From a virus (taxonomy: Duplodnaviria > Caudoviricetes), in the IMG/VR virus record IMGVR_UViG_3300022670_001836, positions 1-64,000 of that record: a DNA stretch of 64,000 nucleotides. The stretch is one strand, 5' to 3'. The position numbers were made by a program, and so were the translations under genes. The notes under the pieces are model-generated. The model searched no databases. It saw only the letters and a program-made list of their open reading frames with translations, and was not told the DNA's origin. Every line of letters starts with the position of its first letter. Position 1 is the stretch's first letter. Positions 1-9,727 of this stretch are shown here, piece after piece.

Positions 1-312
1 AGACTCTACTACTACCACTCTATTTTTTTTGACGAGGTCTTTATCATTAATATTTTTAATCAGCCCATTGATTATTTTTTTTCTATCCCGAGCATTAGTC
101 AGATCGCGTTCGACAAGTTTTGCCGCAATTTTGCTTTCAAAACTTGTTACGCCAACTCCAAGTGCCGCAATTTTATCTTTATTGTCCGTCACTTTTTCAT
201 CTTCATCGCCAGCACTGACCGGACTTAAGGTCAAGAAGCTGAAAATCAAAGCTAAAATGATAAGCCCTGTTTTTAAAATAATCTTATTCATATAAGGTAC
301 TTTGTTTTTCAT
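1..312 (-). CDS. Secreted hypothetical protein, 3' end off window (MKNKVPYMNKIILKTGLIILALIFSFLTLSPVSA-GDEDEK...)
   Basis: Manual translation: open frame from ATG 312 (or 291) to the window edge, with a clear signal peptide; co-oriented with neighbours; missing from the ORF track. Confidence 0.7.
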   Translation of the reverse strand, partial: MKNKVPYMNKIILKTGLIILALIFSFLTLSPVSAGDEDEKVTDNKDKIAALGVGVTSFESKIAAKLVERDLTNARDRKKIINGLIKNINDKDLVKKNRVVVVES

Positions 313-354
313 AAGAGATATCCTTTCATACTATTGTGGCAAGGCCATTCCCTA

Positions 355-825
355 TCACTCTATTTTTCGTGAATCCGGACTCATCGTTATGGAGATTTCT
401 AAAACTCTTTCCAATCCGAAGCCTAAAATTTCAGTTGTATATTTACCAATCGAATATGGTCCTAAATCTATTATCTTAGTTTTAAAGCCATCTTTTTTAC
501 AAATTAAGCAATATTCTTCCAGATCGTAGTTGCGCGTCTCGAAAAACAAATTGCCACCGAATGCCGCTGGAAATAACCAATTAAACCTCATATACCCCTC
601 CGCGTCAGAAGATAAATTCGAGATCGGCGCGTATTCAAACGTCTTACCGTCTGAGGAATGTTTGAACGATAAAGAAACAGATGTTGACACTATTGGTTGT
701 CCAGCGTTATCAACAGTTCGGACAACTATAACTATAGCCGCACTTCCCGACCCGGTGTGCGTTAGATTAAAGAAGCATAAGAAAACTAAAGCAATTCCTG
801 ACACGACTATAAATTTGATCTTCAC
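355..825 (-). CDS. Secreted/membrane-anchored beta-rich hypothetical protein
   Basis: N-terminal hydrophobic helix; 156 aa; same strand as the cluster. Confidence 0.65.
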   Translation of the reverse strand: MKIKFIVVSGIALVFLCFFNLTHTGSGSAAIVIVVRTVDNAGQPIVSTSVSLSFKHSSDGKTFEYAPISNLSSDAEGYMRFNWLFPAAFGGNLFFETRNYDLEEYCLICKKDGFKTKIIDLGPYSIGKYTTEILGFGLERVLEISITMSPDSRKIE

Positions 826-838
826 GACCTATATTATA

Positions 839-1239
839 CTATCTTTTATCCTTCTTTTCTTTTTCACTTTTAATTTCCTTTTCCGCCTTTAGGCATTGGT
901 TATAAATAAAACCATCTTTGATGAAATTTTTCACAAACCGTAGTTTCAAGACGTACCGCAGCACAATATTTGGAAGGGTATTCAAGATTTGTCTTTTCAG
1001 CGATTCCTAATATGGGGAATGGGGGTTGTTTCAGTTTTCGGAGGAGCAAGGGCTCTAGGTTAGAAATAAGCAATAATACATAATTATCGCTCATTTTGTA
1101 CCTCACACGTCTTAGGGCGGCCCAATTTAAAACAAGACAGCTATTTTTCCCCTGACATTAAATTCAGACCAATTAAGAGTAAAACTAAAGAAACTACCAC
1201 TGCTTTTTTAGCGTATCTATTTGAGAACTGTAAATTCAT
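839..1239 (-). pseudogene. Decayed paralog of the small secreted HEAT-like genes
   Basis: Starts MNLQFSNRYAKKAVVVSLVLLLIGLNLMSGEK* (signal peptide shared with 2685-3389); a later frame-shifted fragment RQILNTLP resembles VQILNTKP of 3391-4029. Confidence 0.6.
1152..1214. repeat. 63-bp exact direct repeat (second copy 3308-3370) encoding a signal peptide
   Basis: ctgacattaaattcagacc...ttttttagcgt is identical at both positions. Confidence 0.95.
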
Positions 1240-1335
1240 GTTCACCTTTGCATCGATGGTTTTTGGTGCGCATTAGCTAGCTAAATTAATGGAGAAGAAC
1301 TCAGAAAGGATCAATTGGCCTTTTTAACAGCCACG

Positions 1336-2352
1336 CTATTTTTTTGTGGCCTCTTCAAGAACTTTAATAAATTCCTCTACATTCTTTTTCTGGTCCTCAA
1401 AAAGCTTCACCGTCTTCATTATTAGCTTCATCTTCTCTGTAAGTAATTTAACATCTGCATCCGTAACATTCTTTTTAATTAGCTTATTTCTATTTTTCAA
1501 ATCTGAAATGTAAGGAAGGTTATGACAAATAACGTCCCCTTCAAGCTTGTTTATTTTCTTGATCGCGGTTCCCTCCTCCCAGTTTCCAATAAGCACTTTA
1601 AAAGAATGTGCCACAAATAAATCTACTAGCTCTTTAATAGGTTTATCGTCAAATTTAACATGACGATGCATCTTTGATAAAAGAGTTCTTCTTGATGAGG
1701 GATCAAACGTTTTACTCTTCGTGTCGAGAACGAAGCCTACAAGACTACTGCGTTTCTTATTCTTTTTACTTTGTAATAATGCGTATAAATGTTCTACTAA
1801 ATAAAATCCATGCGTCTTTTTAGTCTCTTTAAGATGTTCAACCAGATTGGATATTTGTTTCTCAAGTTTATTTTTTTTGTTCTTTAACACAAACTTCAAA
1901 TCTGAAATGGCAATGTTACCTTTTTCTTTTAACACCTCCGCCTTTTCCGGATTGCTTATAATTGTGTTCGCCAAAGTTTCTTTACTTTTTGAAAAAACAA
2001 GGAACGATTTGCCCGTTTTAATTGAGAGGGAACTCCAGACGGTTGGCATCGACCCCCCCCGCAAGGATCTCCGGCGATACTGTACTAAATCCACCGAATC
2101 ATTTTCTTTGTCGAATTTAATTTTACCTTTTAAAATTTCATCAACTGTAAAATCTACCGTTAACGTTCTCTTCTCATAAGTACCGCTAGATACCACCCAT
2201 TTAGACTCTTTAACGGATTTTATATTGAGGCGAAAGATATGAGTGTAGTAACCGTCTATAGAGTCATTCTCTTGCGAAAACAGACTGTTTGTCGACAAAA
2301 ATAACAAGATAACCATTACAGTTCTACTTAACATATAACCATTATACCTCAT
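1336..2352 (-). CDS. Secreted hypothetical protein (338 aa)
   Basis: Signal peptide (LFS-QE); GAGGAG RBS upstream; Lys-rich. Confidence 0.8.
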   Translation of the reverse strand: MRYNGYMLSRTVMVILLFLSTNSLFSQENDSIDGYYTHIFRLNIKSVKESKWVVSSGTYEKRTLTVDFTVDEILKGKIKFDKENDSVDLVQYRRRSLRGGSMPTVWSSLSIKTGKSFLVFSKSKETLANTIISNPEKAEVLKEKGNIAISDLKFVLKNKKNKLEKQISNLVEHLKETKKTHGFYLVEHLYALLQSKKNKKRSSLVGFVLDTKSKTFDPSSRRTLLSKMHRHVKFDDKPIKELVDLFVAHSFKVLIGNWEEGTAIKKINKLEGDVICHNLPYISDLKNRNKLIKKNVTDADVKLLTEKMKLIMKTVKLFEDQKKNVEEFIKVLEEATKK

Positions 2353-2368
2353 AAACTGAACTCCTCAC

Positions 2369-2545
2369 TTACTCGGTCACATCCAATACCAACCAATCTC
2401 CAGCTCTTTGCGCCGCTATCTGGATATCCTCCAGATTACCTGGGATGGCGCTGACTTCACGGTCTCTGGGGTCTCATGCCACTGGATGATCTGGACAGAC
2501 AAACAACCCATCCATTATTTCACCTGCCTGGCAGATGGCGGCCAT
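2369..2545 (-). pseudogene. Orphan C-terminal gene fragment with internal TGA
   Basis: MAAICQAGEIMDGLFVCPDHPVA*DPRDREVSAIPGNLEDIQIAAQRAGDWLVLDVTE*; GC-richer than flanks; ends just before the RBS of 1336-2352. Confidence 0.4.
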
Positions 2546-2684
2546 GAGTTACTGGTGAAACAGTTTGTGTTTATGAATCGATGGTTCTTAGTTCGAGTTA
2601 GCTAAATGATAGAAAATAGTCCCATTTTTGGAAGCGGGATGTGATGGATCATGTTAAACAGAGGGAACGTTTCTATCCCCCAAC

Positions 2685-3389
2685 TTATTTTTTAACTTTT
2701 TTAGTAAAGGCCTTCTTAATAATTTTTATCGCCTCGGACAAATTTGCTTTTACATCTTTGTCCTTCGCCATTTTCTGTTCTTTTCGCAATCTAAACACCG
2801 CCATATCCAAGCCGTGCCCCCCCACTTGATATATTCCGTGCAAACAAAGCGCGAGTTGATACCTGCGTCCGTCTTCTTTTTTTGAACATTCTTTTATCGC
2901 AGTAATTATTTCATCCACTGCTGGCAAGCCTATTGCTTCAAGTGCGTTAGATGTCAATGAAGGTTCACCTTTATAAGCCTTAGAATCCAAAGCAGTATCT
3001 TGGTATTCAATATGATCAATTAATGGCACTATAAACTCGGGCGATTTTAGCTTCGTGGCAAAATCTAGACAAGTCATTAATGTGGTAAATTCTTTTTGAT
3101 AATTTACATTTACTTCTACTGACCCACCAAACTCAAATTCCTCACCAAGGGCAGGGTCCACCTCACCCTTTTTGTAAATAGAAGCCTGCGTCCATGCGGA
3201 TTTTTCGTTTAGGTAGTTAAAAACAAGTTCGACCTTTTTACTGTAATCCCCAGAAAATACCTTTACTTCTTTCTCGGACAACACTTTTGCCTTTGCACTC
3301 GTTTCCTCTGACATTAAATTCAGACCAATTAAGAGTAAAACTAAAGAAACTACCACTGCTTTTTTAGCGTGTCTGTCTAAGAAATACAA
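2685..3389 (-). CDS. Secreted helical (HEAT/PBS-like) protein, candidate immunity protein
   Basis: Signal peptide; NALEAIGLPAVDEII HEAT-like motif. Confidence 0.75.
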   Translation of the reverse strand: MYFLDRHAKKAVVVSLVLLLIGLNLMSEETSAKAKVLSEKEVKVFSGDYSKKVELVFNYLNEKSAWTQASIYKKGEVDPALGEEFEFGGSVEVNVNYQKEFTTLMTCLDFATKLKSPEFIVPLIDHIEYQDTALDSKAYKGEPSLTSNALEAIGLPAVDEIITAIKECSKKEDGRRYQLALCLHGIYQVGGHGLDMAVFRLRKEQKMAKDKDVKANLSEAIKIIKKAFTKKVKK

Positions 3390-3390
3390 A

Positions 3391-4029
3391 TTATTTTCGC
3401 CTGATCAATTTGATCAATTCCTCAAAAATTAAATTGTCCTTCAATTTCTCAGTTGTGATCTTGGACTTATTAATTTTCACCCTCTCTTCTAAAATCTTTG
3501 AAATCAACTTCTTGCTGTATTGAATCGTCAAGAGATTAGAAGCCCAGTACTTCTTCGGTTTTGTGTTGAGAATTTGAACGTTATCGAAAATAAGTTGTAT
3601 CACCTGACCATTAGACTTAGGATCTCTTAAAGCCATCAGACATGGTTGCAATTCTGCCATGTTGTCTAAAGATTTATGACCAGGTTTGTCGTAAGTGAAA
3701 TCAATATTTTTCAGTAGAACTAGCATCGATTTACTAGTACGAATTTCCGACAAAGCGAGCGCAGCATCTCTCCGAACCTCTCCCTTCTGCTTATTGTCAC
3801 TTAGTATTCCTGCCAAATACTCCGTAAGATAATCCCCCTTATCATTAACCGAAACGGCTATTTCCAGCCATCTTTCATTACCCTTTTTAATCTCGTCGTC
3901 AATCGCATCAAGTTTAACAGTATTAACAACCGTCTCTTCATATCCTGAAACTGTATAGAAAACAGCACAGAAAATGGATACCACAACGAAATATTTGAGT
4001 TTGTTTTGCATTACTAAATTCCTTTCCAT
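3391..4029 (-). CDS. Secreted HEAT-repeat-like protein, candidate immunity protein
   Basis: Signal peptide; VRRDAALALSEI HEAT-like motif. Confidence 0.75.
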   Translation of the reverse strand: MERNLVMQNKLKYFVVVSIFCAVFYTVSGYEETVVNTVKLDAIDDEIKKGNERWLEIAVSVNDKGDYLTEYLAGILSDNKQKGEVRRDAALALSEIRTSKSMLVLLKNIDFTYDKPGHKSLDNMAELQPCLMALRDPKSNGQVIQLIFDNVQILNTKPKKYWASNLLTIQYSKKLISKILEERVKINKSKITTEKLKDNLIFEELIKLIRRK

Positions 4030-4060
4030 TCCATATTATGATTTTTGAACTTCCGCTAGG

Positions 4061-6052
4061 TTAAGGGTCGAGTGTTACATCAATTCCTTTTTCAGCCACT
4101 TCACTAACTTTTTTCTTCTGCTTCGTTTTAAATATACTGTATTCCCACAAATCTTTGCCGGTAAAGGCAAGAAGTTTCTCGACCACTACCACCTTAACGG
4201 TGTCTTTTATTAGTAGGTCAAAGGTTTTCCCGTCGGCATTTCTTCCTGCGTTCGCCTTTTTCGCCGCCCCTTTTGCAGGCCTGTAGTCTAATTGAAGATC
4301 ATCTTTGTTTTTATCATAAGATATTAGCAAACCCGCTGTGTCCGTGTTGGTCAAAGTAGAAGTTGTAATTTTAGGATCGGCATTGCCAAACCTATTTATG
4401 GGAAATGCCCAGCTGATGGTAGCATTGTCTTTGATTAGCTTGTCCGTGACTGATCTGATTAGATATGTTGTGACATGCCAGTCTACCTTTGCTGACGCTC
4501 GGCTTCCTTGTTCCTTAGTTACCGGCTTGTTCTTCTTATCTTTATGTTCAAATGCTTTTCCGTCGAATCGAACCCTTACCCATTCCAGCGCTGAAAAACG
4601 AAACGTCTTGAATGCTGTAAGTTTATTTGCCGGTATACTCTCAGATACTCCATCGTACGAGAAAAGATGATGAGACTTCGTCGGTATATTATGTTCGTCA
4701 ATATCATCCGTATCATCATTGACAACCTCATCTTTTTTCGGAAGGTCGTCCTTGTCCACTCCTTGCGTAAGTTTTTCGAACTTGCCCTTACCAAGAAGTA
4801 TTTTGTAATAACGGTATTTTGCTTGTCTCGTAACGTCAAATTTAATCATCTTGTATGTAGTTTCTACGTCAACAGGAAGTATTTTGAATTTAAACAAAAT
4901 CCGCCCCCCATAAAAATGATCATTCGTACCATCTTTCTTAAAGAATGGACCGTGACCAAAAAACTTGCCGTCCTTTCCAGATAAAGCCTTTATAAACTTC
5001 TCCAACGGCGTCTTCGCTAACTCACCGGGAATTTTTGCTTTTGGATCAGTAATCGTGCTCACCTTCACGACTTCCATTGAAGTCGCAACAACAACATCAG
5101 TTGATCCCTTATATGTCGCCAGAATTTTAATATCGGCAATTTTGTCACTTCTCTTTGTGGTTTCAACCCAAACTTCTTGGGGTAGATCTTTTGATTTGAA
5201 TTTCAAATCCTTCAACTTGATCTGTTTTTCCTTTGTGGATGACGTCCAAAACGTAACGTTTTTATTTGTACCAGTTAAAGTAAGAACCACTTCAGCTGTA
5301 TTGTCAGCTGGAGATGCCGACTTAATAATTAATTTCATCAGATCAACTTCGTCCCTACCGGTTTTTCCTTTTTTAACAGATTTGTCATCTGTATCGGGTT
5401 TACCATTGCCATTAGTATCATTTGTATTAACCACTGTCACAGCACCGGTAGTATCTTCGACTGGGTCACCAATCGCCTGGCCGCCAGTAGCGCCACCTAA
5501 TCCGTTGTGGATAACGATATCCACCCCGTCGCCTTCCTTTTCCTTAACAAAAACCGTCCAACGCTCGATGACGGCTGGCCCCTCACCGCCCTCGGTCGGC
5601 GACATATTACCCTCTGCTCTAATTGGAAAGGGACTGGATTCTTTACCTTCTTCCTTTGTAAATGTTACGGCTATTTGAACCACAGTCTCACTATCAGGCA
5701 TTACTAGAGCTATTGGCGTTAACGGGTCCAGCTGAAGATCCACGTAGTGAGCAAAAAACGGGAGATTGGGATTGTCATCAAAAGGCAGGAATATCCATCC
5801 TGCTGGCGGCGTGAATGGTTTAGTTTTCATATAGATGGTTTCAGCTGTTTCAATAAATTCCAATGCTATAGAAATATCCCCATCAGAATTTGAGACAATA
5901 CCATTCTGTTCCACCGTGCCGGGCCGGTGCGTTACTTCTTCAGCAAATAGAAAATTAGAGACAACCGCTAGATTAATTCCCACAACAAACAATAGAGTAA
6001 ATAAGAAGCCTTGTTTCTTGACCGGCAGATTGTCCAAATTTTCATATTTCAT
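4061..6052 (-). CDS. Large secreted multidomain protein (663 aa), candidate polymorphic effector
   Basis: Signal peptide; acidic Ca-binding-like motif VNTNDTNGNGKPDTDD...DEVDLMKL followed by a beta-rich domain; basic C-terminal half of unknown fold. Confidence 0.75.
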   Translation of the reverse strand: MKYENLDNLPVKKQGFLFTLLFVVGINLAVVSNFLFAEEVTHRPGTVEQNGIVSNSDGDISIALEFIETAETIYMKTKPFTPPAGWIFLPFDDNPNLPFFAHYVDLQLDPLTPIALVMPDSETVVQIAVTFTKEEGKESSPFPIRAEGNMSPTEGGEGPAVIERWTVFVKEKEGDGVDIVIHNGLGGATGGQAIGDPVEDTTGAVTVVNTNDTNGNGKPDTDDKSVKKGKTGRDEVDLMKLIIKSASPADNTAEVVLTLTGTNKNVTFWTSSTKEKQIKLKDLKFKSKDLPQEVWVETTKRSDKIADIKILATYKGSTDVVVATSMEVVKVSTITDPKAKIPGELAKTPLEKFIKALSGKDGKFFGHGPFFKKDGTNDHFYGGRILFKFKILPVDVETTYKMIKFDVTRQAKYRYYKILLGKGKFEKLTQGVDKDDLPKKDEVVNDDTDDIDEHNIPTKSHHLFSYDGVSESIPANKLTAFKTFRFSALEWVRVRFDGKAFEHKDKKNKPVTKEQGSRASAKVDWHVTTYLIRSVTDKLIKDNATISWAFPINRFGNADPKITTSTLTNTDTAGLLISYDKNKDDLQLDYRPAKGAAKKANAGRNADGKTFDLLIKDTVKVVVVEKLLAFTGKDLWEYSIFKTKQKKKVSEVAEKGIDVTLDP

Positions 6053-8118
6053 TTTTTCTTTTCCTTCTCTTCTTCTTTTTTCTTCTGCGAGAACGCAACA
6101 AATTGATCTATATAATGGCCCATAACACTATTCCAATTCTCATTAAATTTTGGGGCCTTCTTTAATGTAGTGATTGCCTTTGCCGTGTCGCCAAGCCTGT
6201 AATAACACACCGCCAGGCTGATATGCGCCTTATAAACGATAGTGTCCTTTTTCTTCGACTTAACCAATTCTTGAAAAAGTTTCATTCCCTTTTTTTGATA
6301 CTCCCCGTTACGTGACAATACACCGACATTCCCAGCGGCAAACTTCGCTCTAAATTCACTATAGGTATTGTCTTTGTTTTCGTAGACTTTTTCGTATTCA
6401 GGAAATGCCTTCTCCCGCCCATCAATCCAATAAGTTGCCGAGGCGAACATAAATTGAGGATAATCTTTTTGTTTCCGGCTTAAGTTTCCAAATTCGCCTT
6501 TCAATAGACGCTTTGCGATTTTACGCGCGTGTTTAAAGTTCATCGTCACGTAATAGAAGTCGCCTAGCATCACCATCATTCGCTGCTTCTTTTTAGGATA
6601 GAGTTTTAAATCTTCTGGGACAGCATAAAGAAAACCCTTCTTAGCCGCCCCCATCAATCTAGTGTAATCCGTGGGATTGTAACCCTTAATCATGGCCTTT
6701 GGCACATTTTCAAGCCCCAGCAATTTGGAGAAACACTTTATAGCCTTCTCCTTTTTCTTATCCACCAAATATAAGAATCCTAGAAATTTGGCACACTGAC
6801 ATTCCAAGTCGTCCAGATACCAGGGTGCCGTGATTCGGTTTAGCAATTGACTTGATGAAATAGAGTTCAAATGAACACTACCAAAAAAATTGGGTTTTGA
6901 ATGTTTGTCTTGGGGTGGTCTGACAAGTGGTACAGCACCAGGAAGCATCCCCGGAAGCTTACTTATCTCGGCGATTTCAGCGCTTATAGGATCATTCTTT
7001 CGTACATTCGCGATGAATGTCTCCAACTTCACAAACCACTTCATGGCCTCATCAGGATCCGTTTTGTATTCAATGGCCATTCGCCCCAATTCAAGGAGCG
7101 CCTGTCCCTTATAGAGCCCATAGAGCGGCTCCTCCTCAACGAAAGCCACTAGATGTTTTTCAGCCGCCTTGCGATTCCCGTCAGAAATCAAGGCGAGCGC
7201 CCCATTGAGCTTTGCTGCTTCAGCATAGATTGTGTCAGGATGCTTTTTTATTACTTCGGAAAACCAAGCTATCGCTTTTTTATATTTTTTTGCCCGTCTA
7301 CAGTTTTCGCCCCGGCGATAAAGGATGAACCCTTCCCCCACCGCCTTCAAAAACTTCGCATCATCAATAACTTTTTGCTTTTTTCTAATCCTCGCAGCAA
7401 TCTTCTTTAACTCACGTCTACAGATGGCAATATTTGCTTTGAGGCGTTTCCGCAAATCAATCATATCTTTTGGAAGTTTTACCTTATCTGCGTCTTTTTT
7501 ATAATTGCCAGTGTAATTGCGCTTTAGAAGGTCTAGATAGGCCTTAATATTATGCTTAGCAAAGTTCAAAGATTTTAGTGCTTCGTTCCATTCAGTTTTG
7601 CCCATATGAGCAAGTCCCAACAACTCCGCGGCGAAAACTTGTTCTTTCGGATTTCCGTTTTCTTCGCCAAGCAATTTATTCGCAAGCTCTATGGCTTCTT
7701 TATATTTCTTTGCTTCAACGTATTTTCGTGAAAGTTCAAGGACCGCGCTGAAATGAGCGTGTTCATAATCCCCCGCGTCCAATTTTTTCTTAAACGATTC
7801 CAAAGCCTTTAGACTTGCGGCCTCAGCTCTCTTCTGATTTTTTTGGAATTTTAGAACCTTTGCAAGTAGCGCTTCTACTTCGGCATCTAGTTCTTGCGTC
7901 TTTTGCGTTCGGCTTATTTTGGTCTTTAATTTTTTGATCGCTGTGTACGCACTTTTATATTTCTTCTCGGCGAGATATTTATTAATCTTGGTTATACGCT
8001 CTTCCCGCCAACCACGCTCTTCTGAGACACCTGGAACAAAACAGGACACTGAAATAAAAATTAATAATATGACTTTAAAATTCATCGGATCGAAATCATA
8101 AGCCATTTCTCCCACCAA
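6049..8118 (-). CDS. Exported tetratricopeptide-repeat protein
   Basis: Multiple TPR-like helix pairs (e.g. YKKAIAWFSEVIKKHPDTIYAEAAKL; AHISLAVCYYRLGDTAKAITTL); hydrophobic N-terminus; 4-bp overlap with the next gene. Confidence 0.85.
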   Translation of the reverse strand: MVGEMAYDFDPMNFKVILLIFISVSCFVPGVSEERGWREERITKINKYLAEKKYKSAYTAIKKLKTKISRTQKTQELDAEVEALLAKVLKFQKNQKRAEAASLKALESFKKKLDAGDYEHAHFSAVLELSRKYVEAKKYKEAIELANKLLGEENGNPKEQVFAAELLGLAHMGKTEWNEALKSLNFAKHNIKAYLDLLKRNYTGNYKKDADKVKLPKDMIDLRKRLKANIAICRRELKKIAARIRKKQKVIDDAKFLKAVGEGFILYRRGENCRRAKKYKKAIAWFSEVIKKHPDTIYAEAAKLNGALALISDGNRKAAEKHLVAFVEEEPLYGLYKGQALLELGRMAIEYKTDPDEAMKWFVKLETFIANVRKNDPISAEIAEISKLPGMLPGAVPLVRPPQDKHSKPNFFGSVHLNSISSSQLLNRITAPWYLDDLECQCAKFLGFLYLVDKKKEKAIKCFSKLLGLENVPKAMIKGYNPTDYTRLMGAAKKGFLYAVPEDLKLYPKKKQRMMVMLGDFYYVTMNFKHARKIAKRLLKGEFGNLSRKQKDYPQFMFASATYWIDGREKAFPEYEKVYENKDNTYSEFRAKFAAGNVGVLSRNGEYQKKGMKLFQELVKSKKKDTIVYKAHISLAVCYYRLGDTAKAITTLKKAPKFNENWNSVMGHYIDQFVAFSQKKKEEEKEKKK

Positions 8119-8308
8119 TTCAACTTCTCTATTTATTTTTCTTTGAAGGCTTTGGTCTTGGCGGCCGGGGCGGCGGAACTAACCCCTTCTCCGTTCTTTT
8201 ATTGCCAGAGTGATCAAAGTAACCAAAGTGATCATTTTGATAATTCGACCGGCGGTGTAAAAAAGACATGCTTGATTTGTCACGTCCATCGCCAGGGCAA
8301 ATAGTCAA

Positions 8309-9202
8309 TCACCAAAGTTTTTTGAAAAACAGAAACACCTTGGCAACATCATCCTTGCCCCTCTTCGCACCAGGAGCTGTATTGAACTCAAGCCGTAAGG
8401 TGGGCATCCCCAGATATTTTGTGCTAAGATTTTTAAAAGGCAAAGGAGCTTCCCCCCTTATTAATAACCTGTTTCGATTGAGATCTTCAATTTTTGCATA
8501 CCCCGCCATCACATAAGCACTGGGTCCCACTGCTGCTCTTATGCCGAAACAATAATGATGCTGCGCGTCATATCCCTTGTCATTTGTTGCATCGACAAAA
8601 TAACCCGTTTCTAGATGCAAGCCAAACCTAGAGTAATATGTTTTCTTAGGCGCTCGCCAATAATCTTGATACACGTATTTTTTACCGGTTTCTGCAAACC
8701 AAATAATCATGCCCACCGTTCCATCTAAAGTGTTTGTTGAACGTAGCTTGCCGTTGTCATCAAAGGGATTGTCAGTGAAACTCGCATGGGCAAAAATATC
8801 GGTAGAACACCCTCCCTTCATACCTCCCTTTTTAGAGTCAAACCCACCCCAAGGTATCGATTCCACTGTGGCCCCCATTCTAAGATAGGGATGGGCACGT
8901 TTCGACGCGCCGTCAAAAGCCGAATAAGAAGTGCCCTCTTCATATAAAAATTTATAACCTCTACGGGAATGATCGATCGAACTAAGATTAGTATATGTGG
9001 GTATCGCATAAGGGTCTCTCTCTGCTGCAGCCCACTCCGTTGCAGTCTTCTTAGCCGCTTCAGCCTTCTTTACTATCCACTCGGCCTCAGTGAGTTTCTC
9101 CTCTGTGACCGTCCCCTCAGAATTATTTTCACCGAGCAGCTGTACAGTGCCGGCAAGTGTCAAGCCAATCGCAAAAGCAAATACGATTAATATTTTTTTC
9201 AT
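8309..9202 (-). CDS. Exported protein, possible outer-membrane beta-barrel
   Basis: Signal peptide; alternating Gly/aromatic beta-strands; aromatic C-terminus (VFLFFKKLW). Confidence 0.6.
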   Translation of the reverse strand: MKKILIVFAFAIGLTLAGTVQLLGENNSEGTVTEEKLTEAEWIVKKAEAAKKTATEWAAAERDPYAIPTYTNLSSIDHSRRGYKFLYEEGTSYSAFDGASKRAHPYLRMGATVESIPWGGFDSKKGGMKGGCSTDIFAHASFTDNPFDDNGKLRSTNTLDGTVGMIIWFAETGKKYVYQDYWRAPKKTYYSRFGLHLETGYFVDATNDKGYDAQHHYCFGIRAAVGPSAYVMAGYAKIEDLNRNRLLIRGEAPLPFKNLSTKYLGMPTLRLEFNTAPGAKRGKDDVAKVFLFFKKLW

Positions 9203-9402
9203 TATGCTAAAACCTTTCTTGTGTAACGAAGTGAAAGCAATTTAATCGAAAGATATAAATACTTCAATATAAAATTGGTCATTCAAAGTTGATATTGAAA
9301 AATAGAATCGCCAAATTGATCATTTGTTTCAAAGTGCTGAAACTGTTCAAAGTGTCTAAAGGTTTAATTGCATAAAAAACTCATACCCGATACCAGCTTC
9401 TT

Positions 9403-9440
9403 AAACCTAGTGATGATGTTATATTATCATTAGGTTTTTT
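9403..9440 (+). terminator. Hairpin with T-run (terminator-like)
   Basis: aaacctagtgatgat-gttat-attatcattaggttt-ttt; pairs with G-U on the + strand. Confidence 0.4.
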
Positions 9441-9727
9441 CATTTTTATTGGTGGTCGAAATCAAAACTGATAAATGCGCGTGGATCTGCGATATTTTCA
9501 TTCTTAAATGATTCAAGTGATAACTTAATTTATACGCCCAAATTTTAGCGAAAATTGTCATCAAAATGTTCATTTGACTCATTTGTTTCAATCGTTCCGA
9601 TTAGAAAAAAAATGCTATTTGAATTGTTACTACAGTTGTTACGATGGAGTCACCGGCGGCTTCAACTTTCAGAATGCCTGGACGACGTCCTGGATCGCTT
9701 CAGAAAATTTGGGAGTGCTCTAAAGGA

